A DNA stretch of 63,123 bases from NCBI GenBank assembly GCA_036378495.1, contig DASUWI010000041.1:1-63123 (forward strand), given 5' to 3'. Shown piece after piece: positions 55,914 to 63,123 of this stretch. Each line of letters begins with the position of its first letter. The first letter of the stretch is position 1. The DNA is from Candidatus Dormiibacterota bacterium (lineage in GTDB: Bacteria; Chloroflexota; Dormibacteria; Aeolococcales; Aeolococcaceae). A model generated the notes under the pieces. That model was given only the letters and a program-made list of their open reading frames with translations, was not told the DNA's origin and ran no database searches. The position numbers and the translations under genes were made by a program.

Positions 55914-58415
55914 ATGAAGGCGGTGGTCATGGCAGGCGGCGAGGGTTCGCGCCTGCGACCGTTGACCAGCCGTCATCCGAAGCCGCTCGTTCCCGTGGTC
56001 GGCGTTCCCGTGATCGAGCACATCCTGCGTCTGCTCCGCACGCACGGCATCAGCGAGGTCGTCGTGACTCTCGCGTACCTCGGCGCGGAGATACGCAACC
56101 GCCTCGGCGACGGGTCCGACCTCGACATGGAGATCGAGTACGTGGTCGAGGACCGTCCGCTGGGCACCGCGGGCAGCGTGCGCAATGCCGCCCATCTCCT
56201 GGATGAGACGTTCCTCGTCATCAGTGGCGACGCCATGACCGATCTCGACCTCACCAGCGTCGTGGACGAGCATCGGGCTCGGCAGTCGCTGGCGACGATC
56301 GTGCTCCAGCAGGTGCCCAATCCGCTGGAGTACGGAGTGGTGGTCACCGACGACGAGCACAACGTCGAGTGGTTCCTGGAGAAGCCCTCCTGGGGCGAGG
56401 TCTTCAGTGATCGTGCCAACACTGGCATTTACGTGGTGGAGCCGGAGGTGCTGCGCCACATCGAGCCCGATCAGGTGGCTGACTGGTCGCAGGACGTGTT
56501 CCCCGCGATGCTGGAGCGGGGCTCGCCGTTGCGCGGCTACCTCAGCGACGACTACTGGTGCGACATCGGCTCCATCCCCTCGTACCTGCAGGCGAACTGG
56601 GACGCGCTCGAGGGCCGCGTGCGCTGCCACATCCCCGGCCGGCGCGAGGGCCAGGTGTGGATCGGCGAGGGTGTCGAGTTCGGCCTCGGCGTGCAGATCG
56701 AGGGACCGGCGTTCATCGGCGACGAGGTCAAGCTCAAAGGCGGCGCCTGGCTCAACGACCGCGTCATCATCGATCGCTTCGCCATCGTCGACGAGCACTC
56801 GAAGCTGAGCAACAGCGTCGTGTGGCCGCACTCGTACGTCGGCGAGGGCTGCCGTCTGCGCCAGACCATCGTCTGCCGCAACGTCACGATGAAGAACAAC
56901 ACGTTCGTCGAGGAGAACACCGTCATCGGCGACGAGTGCGTGGTGGGCCGGGGCTCGCGCATTCGCGCCGGTGTGAAGATCTGGCCCAGCAAGGAGATCG
57001 AGCCCGGGTCGACGGTGACGGAGTCCGTCATCTGGGCGGGGGAGTGGCGGCGCGGCGTCTTCGCCTCGTACGGCATGAGCGGGCTCATCAACGTCGAGCT
57101 GACCCCGGAGTTCTGCGCGCGTCTGGGCGCCGCCTTCGGGGCGATGCTGCCCAAGGGCTCGCACGTCGCGGTGGGCCGCGACCACGCGCGGTCATCGCGC
57201 ATGATCAAGCGCGCCATCGTCAGCGGCATCGTGAGCGCGGGCGGCAATGTGCGCGACGTGCACGAGCCGCCGGTGCCGGTGATTCAGTTCGCCACCCGCG
57301 AGCAGGGCTGGCAGGCGGGCGTACAGGTGATCGTCTCGCCCCTCGACCAGCGCAGCGCCGACATCCGCTTCCTCGACGCCGACGGCCTGCAGATCGACAA
57401 GCGCGCCGAGCGCCGCCTGGAGAACCTGCTCTTCCGCGAGGACTTCCGCCGCGCCGCGTTCTATGAGATTGGCGACATCGAGTACCAGGATCCGATCCCC
57501 GGGTACCGTGCCCACCTGCTGGCGTCCGTCGACGCCGACGCGATTCGCGACGCCGGGTTGCGGCTCCTCATCGACTACGACTACAGCGAGGCGTCGAGCG
57601 TGCTGCCCGCGGTGCTCAGCGAGCTCGGCGTGACCACCATCCCGCTGAACGCGGGTCTGCACGAGGGCCCGCACCACCGTGCGGTCCCCATGGAGACGGC
57701 GCTGATCAGCCGCACCGTCAACGCCGACCTCGGCTGCATGCTGGGCCCCACCGGCGAGCGGCTCGCCCTCATCGACGAGGCCGGGACTGTGCTCAGCTCG
57801 CACGAGACCTTCGGTGTGGCGGTGTCGATGTTCCTGCGCTCCTCGCCGGGGATCGTGCTGGCGCCCGCGGACACGCCCGACTGGATCGCGCAGCTGGTGC
57901 GCGAGGCGGGCGGCACCTTCACCGCCGCCGCCGCCCACGCTTCGGCGGTGCTGCGTGCGGCCGCCACCCCCGGCACGGTGCTCGCCGCCGACGGAACCGG
58001 CGGCTTCGCCTGGCCGCAGTACCTCGCCGCGTTCGACGCCATGTACACGGTGGTGAAGCTGCTCGAGCTGCGCGCGGTCACCGGCGTCACGCTGCGCGAC
58101 GCCCGCGAGGCGCTGCCGCACAGCGCGTATGTGACGGCAACGGAGTTCTGCCCGTGGGAGGCCAAGGGCCGCGTCATGCGGGTGCTGCTCGACGGCCACC
58201 GCGAGAAGTCGGTGGATCTGGTCGATGGGATCAAGGTCTTCGTCGACGACGGGTTCGTGCTGGTGCGCCCCGACCCCGACGAGCCCGCGTACCACATCGT
58301 CGCCAGCGTCCGTGACGAGAAGGAGGGGCGCGAGCTGGTCGGCCGCTACGCGCAGCTGGTCCGCGAGGCGCAGTCGACCAACGGCCGGCGGACGCTGCAC
58401 GAGGTGGGCGTCTGA
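55914..58415 (+). CDS. Sugar-1-phosphate (mannose-1-P-type) nucleotidyltransferase, left-handed beta-helix, fused to a PMM/PGM-fold domain with degenerate catalytic motifs
   Basis: [18 protein letters not shown] and GTAGS, plus hexapeptide repeats (aa about 250-370). The PGM-like part has VIVSPLDQ in place of TASHNP, LGPTGER in place of DGDGDR, and VRPDPDEP in place of RxSGTEP. Confidence 0.85.
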   Translation: MKAVVMAGGEGSRLRPLTSRHPKPLVPVVGVPVIEHILRLLRTHGISEVVVTLAYLGAEIRNRLGDGSDLDMEIEYVVEDRPLGTAGSVRNAAHLLDETFLVISGDAMTDLDLTSVVDEHRARQSLATIVLQQVPNPLEYGVVVTDDEHNVEWFLEKPSWGEVFSDRANTGIYVVEPEVLRHIEPDQVADWSQDVFPAMLERGSPLRGYLSDDYWCDIGSIPSYLQANWDALEGRVRCHIPGRREGQVWIGEGVEFGLGVQIEGPAFIGDEVKLKGGAWLNDRVIIDRFAIVDEHSKLSNSVVWPHSYVGEGCRLRQTIVCRNVTMKNNTFVEENTVIGDECVVGRGSRIRAGVKIWPSKEIEPGSTVTESVIWAGEWRRGVFASYGMSGLINVELTPEFCARLGAAFGAMLPKGSHVAVGRDHARSSRMIKRAIVSGIVSAGGNVRDVHEPPVPVIQFATREQGWQAGVQVIVSPLDQRSADIRFLDADGLQIDKRAERRLENLLFREDFRRAAFYEIGDIEYQDPIPGYRAHLLASVDADAIRDAGLRLLIDYDYSEASSVLPAVLSELGVTTIPLNAGLHEGPHHRAVPMETALISRTVNADLGCMLGPTGERLALIDEAGTVLSSHETFGVAVSMFLRSSPGIVLAPADTPDWIAQLVREAGGTFTAAAAHASAVLRAAATPGTVLAADGTGGFAWPQYLAAFDAMYTVVKLLELRAVTGVTLRDAREALPHSAYVTATEFCPWEAKGRVMRVLLDGHREKSVDLVDGIKVFVDDGFVLVRPDPDEPAYHIVASVRDEKEGRELVGRYAQLVREAQSTNGRRTLHEVGV

Positions 58416-58422
58416 CGGTTTC

Positions 58423-59085
58423 CTAACTCTCGCGCACGACGGCAAACGCGAGGCCGTCGTGGCCCTTGACGCCGACGGTCTGGATCACGGTCGCATCCAG
58501 CCGCGGGTCGGCCGCGAGCATCGCGTTGAAGTCGCGGATCGCCTGCGTCGATTCGTCGGCGCCGGCGGCATCGAGGATTGCCCCGTGGCGCACCACGTTG
58601 TCGGCGATGATGAGTCCGCCCCGATGGGTCAGCTGCAGCGACCAGCGCAGATACTCGGGATAGCCGACCTTGTCGGCGTCGATGAAGATCAGGTCGAACG
58701 GACCGGCCTTCTCCAGGACGAGCGCCGGCATGCTCGCGCGGGCGGGGCCGAGCATGACGGCGACGTTGCCCAGGCCGGCCGCATCGAGGTTGGCGCGCGC
58801 CACCCTTGCGTGATGCGGGTCCACCTCCAGCGTGATCATCCGTCCGTCATCGGGGAGGGCGCGGCCCAGCCAGATGGCGCTGTACCCACCGAGTGTGCCC
58901 ACCTCGAGAATCGAGCGCGCACGCATGCTGCGCGCGATCAGGTGCAGCAGCCGGCCCTGCATCGGCGACACAGCGATCTCCGGCAGCCCCTCGGCGCGGC
59001 TGCGCTCAACCGCGGCCCGCAGGATGTCGTCGTCGGGGAACAATCCCGCCAGGTAGTCGTCAACGGCGGTCCAGGCCTCGCTCAT
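58423..59085 (-). CDS. Class I SAM-dependent O-methyltransferase (caffeoyl-CoA OMT-like)
   Basis: Start at MSEAW (59085) with GGGAG upstream. ILEVGTLGGYSAIWL, FDLIFIDADK, GGLIIADNV. Confidence 0.85.
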   Translation of the reverse strand: MSEAWTAVDDYLAGLFPDDDILRAAVERSRAEGLPEIAVSPMQGRLLHLIARSMRARSILEVGTLGGYSAIWLGRALPDDGRMITLEVDPHHARVARANLDAAGLGNVAVMLGPARASMPALVLEKAGPFDLIFIDADKVGYPEYLRWSLQLTHRGGLIIADNVVRHGAILDAAGADESTQAIRDFNAMLAADPRLDATVIQTVGVKGHDGLAFAVVRES

Positions 59086-59110
59086 CGACGCTCCCTCGAG
59101 CATGCAGCGG

Positions 59111-59770
59111 TCATGGTCGGGTGTGCGGCGCGGCGACCAGCGCAACGAAGGCGAAGAACGACGCCGTCGCGGCGATGACAAGCAGATGGAACACCTCGTG
59201 ATAGCCGAACACGCGCGGCCAGAGTCGGGGACGCTGAAACGCGTACGCCAGCGCGCCCAGTGAGTACAGCAGGGCGCCGGCGAGCAGCAGCAACAGCGCG
59301 GCGTCGCTCAGCCGCTGCACGAAGACCGGCAAGGCGACGATCGCGATCCAGCCGGTGCACAAGTAGAGCAGGACCGTCACCCCGCGTGGCACGCGCACCG
59401 GCAACAGGCTGAGCGTGATACCGGCCAGCGCTGCCACCCAGACCGCGGTGAGGATCGCGATGCGCGCAACGCCGTCGAGGATGATCACGCCGGCGGCCGT
59501 GTACGTGGCGGCGATCATGAGGAAGATGGTGGAGTGATCCAGGCGGCGCCACACCGCGCGACCGCGCGGTGACCAGGGCCCGCGATGATACAGCGCGCTG
59601 ACGGTGAACACGAGGATCATGGCCGTGCCGTAGAGCGCGAGCGCGGCGCGCACGCCGGCATCACGCGGCCCGAACACGACCAGCAGCGTTGCCGCGATCG
59701 CCGCCGGACCAATCGCCACGGCGTGCGACCAGCCGCGCAGCAGCGGTCGCTCCGGCACCGAGGTGGACAC
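59111..59770 (-). CDS. Hemolysin III / PAQR family membrane protein
   Basis: RGWSHAVA, SALYH, LDHSTIF, GYHEVFHLLV. 7 TM helices. Confidence 0.85.
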   Translation of the reverse strand: MSTSVPERPLLRGWSHAVAIGPAAIAATLLVVFGPRDAGVRAALALYGTAMILVFTVSALYHRGPWSPRGRAVWRRLDHSTIFLMIAATYTAAGVIILDGVARIAILTAVWVAALAGITLSLLPVRVPRGVTVLLYLCTGWIAIVALPVFVQRLSDAALLLLLAGALLYSLGALAYAFQRPRLWPRVFGYHEVFHLLVIAATASFFAFVALVAAPHTRP

Positions 59771-59802
59771 GACTCGATCATGCCACGCCGGTCACACGCC
59801 GA

Positions 59803-62037
59803 TCAGGCGGCGGCGGGCGCCTCGTCGGGCTCGGCGGGGGGCAGCCCACGCAACAACCAGCGGGGCGCCCACCAGTTGACCGGGCCGAGCAGCCGCATCA
59901 GCGCCGGCACCACCAGTGCGCGCACCAATGTGGCGTCGGCCACCACGGCGATGGCCATCCCCAGGCCCAGTGACTTGATGGTGACGACACTGGCCAGCGC
60001 AAAGGCGAGGAACACGCTGGCCATGATCACGGCAGCGCCGGTCACGAGGCGGCCGCTGCGCTCGAGGCCGGCAGCCACTGCCACGCGATTGTCGCGCGTG
60101 CGCCGCCACTCTTCCTGCATGCGCGTGAGCAGGAACACCTCGTAGTCCATCGAGAGGCCGAACACGATGCAGAAGAGCAGCACCGGGATCGTGGGATCGA
60201 TGGGGCCGGGGCTGAAGCCGAGCAGGCCCGAGAGGTTGCCGTCCTGGAAGATCCACACCAGCGCGCCGAACGCCGCGCTCAGCGACAGCGCGTTCATGAG
60301 CACCGCCTTCAGCGGCAGCGCCACCGAGCGCAGCAGCAGCAGCAGCACACCGAGCGTGGCCACCACCACGAACCCCACGACGACCGGGATCCGCGCGACC
60401 ATGTAGTCGACGAAGTCGAGGTCGAAGGCGGTGTTGCCGGTGACCAGCACGGTGGCGCCCGCCACGGAGTCGTGCGCGCGGATCGTGCGCACCAGCTGGT
60501 GTGCCTGGTGACTGGTGGTGAAGTAGGGAGTCTCCGCGTCGAGCACGGCGATGCTGGACCCGGTGGAGCGGTGCAGCAGATCCTGCACCTCCACCGGCAG
60601 GCTGGTCCGCGGCTCCTGGTACAGAGCCTGATAGCCGGCGAGCGGCGTCGAGGCGTCGACGTTCACGTAGCTCTTGACCGAAACAACGCCGGGCGTCTGC
60701 TGCAGGCGGCGGCTCACGGTGTACGCAGCGGCGAGGTTCTGCGCCGTGAAAGGCGAGCCCTGGTCGAACTGCATCACGACGTCCAGGGTGTTCTGTCCCG
60801 CCTCCGGGAACTGCGACTGCAGCAGCTCCGAGCCCACGCGCGACTCCGCGTTCGGCGGTAGCTGACCGACATCGGTGGTGGCCAGGTTGATGCCGAGGAA
60901 GGGGAGGCCGGCGGCCACCAGCACCGCCGCCGTGGGGATGAGCACGAGCCAGGGGCGCCGCATCACCCACACGGCCACACGGTGCCACGCGCCCTGGCCG
61001 AAGGGGCGCGGCTGCAGGACCGGGACGCGCAGCCGGTTGACGCGCGGCCCGAGGATCGCCAGCAGCGCCGGCAGGAGGGTCAGCGCGTAGAGGACGGAGG
61101 CGGCCACCACGACGGCGCCGGCGGCGCCCATCGACACCAGCGACGTGCCGGTGAAGAACAGCAGCCCGGCGAGGCCCAGCGCGACCGTCACACCACTGAA
61201 CGCGATGGCGCGTCCGGCGGTGCCCATGGTGACGCTGAGCGCGCGCGCGGTGTCCCCGTCGCGTGCCAGCTCCTCGCGAAAGCGCGTGACGATGAAGAGC
61301 GAATAGTCGATGGCGATGCCGAGGCCGATCAGCGTCACGACGTTCACCGCGTACGTGGACACATCGAATCCGTGCGCCATCAGATACGTGACGCCGATGC
61401 CGCCCACGACGGCGAAGATCCCGACTCCGAGACAGAGGAGAGCGGCGACACCGGTGCCGAAGACGATCACCAGGAAGATCAGGGCCAGCGGCAGCGACAC
61501 CATTTCGGAACGACGCAGGTCGGAGGCGAGGATGGTGTCGAAGTCCGATGCCAGCGGCACGTCACCCTGGCTGGAGATGCGCAACGGTGAAGAATGCACC
61601 TCGCCGCGAAGCTGCGGGTACTGCTGGCGCGCCGAGGCGAAGTCGAGCGACAGGTTGACCACCGCGACGACGGTGTGGCGATCGGTCGACACCATGGTTG
61701 CCGCCTGCGCCGGGGTCGCGCTGTACGGCGTCTGAATGCTCGTGACACGGCGATCGTGTGCGAGCTGCGCGATCGCGTTCCGGACCGCAGATTGAAAGCC
61801 CGGATCGCCGAACGTCGCCGCGGGGTCGGTGAAGAGGAACAGGAACGACGTTCCCGTCGCAGCGGGCAGCTGCTGTGACTCGAGCTGCGACGCGCGCACG
61901 GCGTCGCCGCTGAATCCACTCGCGTTCTTGAGCTCGCCCCCGTTGAGCAGCGCTACCACTGAAAGCACGAAGAGAAGGACGGAGGCGGCGAGCACCAGCC
62001 GGCGATGGTGGTACACGAACAAACCCCATCGCCTCAT
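59803..62037 (-). CDS. MMPL family transporter
   Basis: 744 aa. N-terminus RRWGLFVYHHRRLVLAASVLLFVLS, GLGIAIDYSLFIVTRFREEL, second half GLSMDYEVFLLTRMQEEW. 12-TM RND-like layout. Confidence 0.9.
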   Translation of the reverse strand: MRRWGLFVYHHRRLVLAASVLLFVLSVVALLNGGELKNASGFSGDAVRASQLESQQLPAATGTSFLFLFTDPAATFGDPGFQSAVRNAIAQLAHDRRVTSIQTPYSATPAQAATMVSTDRHTVVAVVNLSLDFASARQQYPQLRGEVHSSPLRISSQGDVPLASDFDTILASDLRRSEMVSLPLALIFLVIVFGTGVAALLCLGVGIFAVVGGIGVTYLMAHGFDVSTYAVNVVTLIGLGIAIDYSLFIVTRFREELARDGDTARALSVTMGTAGRAIAFSGVTVALGLAGLLFFTGTSLVSMGAAGAVVVAASVLYALTLLPALLAILGPRVNRLRVPVLQPRPFGQGAWHRVAVWVMRRPWLVLIPTAAVLVAAGLPFLGINLATTDVGQLPPNAESRVGSELLQSQFPEAGQNTLDVVMQFDQGSPFTAQNLAAAYTVSRRLQQTPGVVSVKSYVNVDASTPLAGYQALYQEPRTSLPVEVQDLLHRSTGSSIAVLDAETPYFTTSHQAHQLVRTIRAHDSVAGATVLVTGNTAFDLDFVDYMVARIPVVVGFVVVATLGVLLLLLRSVALPLKAVLMNALSLSAAFGALVWIFQDGNLSGLLGFSPGPIDPTIPVLLFCIVFGLSMDYEVFLLTRMQEEWRRTRDNRVAVAAGLERSGRLVTGAAVIMASVFLAFALASVVTIKSLGLGMAIAVVADATLVRALVVPALMRLLGPVNWWAPRWLLRGLPPAEPDEAPAAA

Positions 62038-62092
62038 CGCGGCGAGTATATCCCGCGGCTCAGGGGCGCCCGCCGCGGTCGTCAGCCGGCCG

Positions 62093-63037
62093 TCAAGACA
62101 CGGTCACACCGGACGCCGCCATCTCGCGATGCACCACCGCTGACAACGCGCTGATGAGCTCGAAAGACGCGTTGGGCATGGCGATCCGCCGCATCTCGAT
62201 GCCCAGCGAGCGGGCCTCGTCCACGGCGGCAACGTCGATGTCGTACAGGATCTCGAGGTGATCGGCGAGGAACTGCACCGGCGCGACCAGCACGGTGCGC
62301 ACACCGCGCTCGTGCAGCGCGGGAAGCAGATCCTTGACGTCGGGTGCGAGCCACGGCTCCGGCGTGTGGCCTGCGCTCTGGTAGGCGAACTGCCACTGCT
62401 TCGGCGCCAGCCCCGCACCTGCGGCGACGGCAGCCGCGGTGTCGCGCAGCTGGTCGATGTATGCAGGGTCGCGGTCCACGACCGACTCGGGAAGGCTGTG
62501 AGCCGTGAAGATCACCGGCATGTCCGTGCCGGATGGGCCGCTCGCATGCAGGGCTTCTTGCAGGCGGAGGGCGAGGGAGTCGACCCACTCCGGGACTGTG
62601 TGCCACGCACCTGCGAGGCGCAGGTCGAGCTCGGCGTGGGCTTCCCGCGCCGCATTGGCAGCTCGCTCATAGCCGGCGAGAATGATCGGCGAGTACTGCG
62701 GCGCGAGAACGATGCCGATTACTCGGCTCGCACCGAGGCCGATCAGCTCGTCGATCGCGGTCGCCACGCGCGGATCGGAGTGCAGCATGCCTGCACGCAC
62801 GGCGAACGTGCCGCGGCCGTCCTGCCCGTCAAGCAGCTCCTGCAGTGCGGCAGCCTGGGCCAGTGTTATGTCGATCAGCGGCGAGCGGCCGATGACGTCG
62901 TAGCGCCGGCGGAATTCAGCGACGAGCTCGGGGGACGCTTCGCGCCCGCCGCGGACCGACGACAGGTACGCGGGCACGTCGGCCGACGTCACCGCCGAGC
63001 CGAATGTGAGCAGCAGAACTCCTGTGGGCGAGCTCAT
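62093..63037 (-). CDS. hemH: Ferrochelatase (likely coproporphyrin ferrochelatase type)
   Basis: GVLLLTFGS, YDVIGRSPL, FTAHSLPE, QSAGHTPEPWLAPD, VAPVQFLADHLEILYDID. Confidence 0.9.
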   Translation of the reverse strand: MSSPTGVLLLTFGSAVTSADVPAYLSSVRGGREASPELVAEFRRRYDVIGRSPLIDITLAQAAALQELLDGQDGRGTFAVRAGMLHSDPRVATAIDELIGLGASRVIGIVLAPQYSPIILAGYERAANAAREAHAELDLRLAGAWHTVPEWVDSLALRLQEALHASGPSGTDMPVIFTAHSLPESVVDRDPAYIDQLRDTAAAVAAGAGLAPKQWQFAYQSAGHTPEPWLAPDVKDLLPALHERGVRTVLVAPVQFLADHLEILYDIDVAAVDEARSLGIEMRRIAMPNASFELISALSAVVHREMAASGVTVS

Positions 63038-63123
63038 GCGCGTGTCGTCTCCGCGTGCACGAGGTCGGTCAGCCTGCGCAGGTGGTCCGCGGGACTCTCG
63101 GGGAGCACCCCGTGCCCGAGGTT
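63034..63123 (-). CDS. hemE: Uroporphyrinogen decarboxylase, 3' end only (gene continues beyond the window)
   Basis: Translates to NLGHGVLPESPADHLRRLTDLVHAETTRA*. NLGHG(I/V)xP is the conserved HemE C-terminal motif. The stop overlaps the hemH ATG (ATGA). Confidence 0.6.
   Translation of the reverse strand, partial: NLGHGVLPESPADHLRRLTDLVHAETTRA

Overview
Very high-G+C (about 70% by eye) chromosomal segment with an Actinomycetota-like or related Terrabacteria gene repertoire. It is densely coding, with many 1-4 nt start/stop overlaps. I found no rRNA, CRISPR array, transposase, integrase or phage genes.

Content from left to right:
- tRNA-Ser(UGA).
- A DUF429 protein.
- A DAHP synthase/chorismate mutase fusion with a coupled ACT protein.
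- DinB-like and FAH-family proteins.
- tRNA-Ser(GCU), followed by a 0.5-kb gap that holds a decayed ABC-ATPase fragment.
- Two tandem secreted phosphoesterase paralogs with different C-terminal modules. Both have the same 19-nt upstream motif.
- A double-HD/HD-GYP-LuxR regulator.
- A protein made of three 198-bp tandem repeats.
- Homogentisate-pathway genes (aminotransferase, hmgA, hppD) with a heme-oxygenase-like di-iron-type gene coupled to hppD, and a divergent Lrp regulator.
- A vapBC module next to a truncated STAND/LAL-type ATPase stub.
- SRPBCC, RidA and NDUFA9-like SDR genes.
- An SOS mutasome cassette: a Cheo-type LexA box, imuA-like, imuB, a separate ORF matching the ImuB C-terminus, then dnaE2.
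- A proline-rich membrane protein and SppA.
- A minus-strand trio: a GT2-GtrA-GAF polyprenyl-phosphate glycosyltransferase, a protein with a C-terminal sorting-signal-like tail, and a CPBP protease.
- A complete Mce lipid-transport operon (yrbEA-yrbEB-mceG-mceABCDEF), followed directly by a 1220-aa MMPL/RND-like protein.
- nadA, with an extended -10 promoter and a palindromic operator, then glpK.
- A run of three GT-C membrane glycosyltransferases plus an amidohydrolase.
- A GT4 glycosyltransferase.
- A small acidic ORF plus a degenerate Doc-like ORF.
- A ManC-type nucleotidyltransferase fused to a PMM-fold domain whose catalytic motifs are all degenerate.
- An O-methyltransferase, hemolysin III, a second MMPL, ferrochelatase and the 3' end of hemE.

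The candidates I rate most interesting are the Mce+MMPL co-operon, the GT2-GAF / sorting-signal-like protein / CPBP trio, the split ImuB, the HDO-like gene coupled to hppD, the triple-repeat His-rich protein and the shared motif upstream of the phosphoesterases.

All functional calls come from reading the translations by eye. No database search was run.
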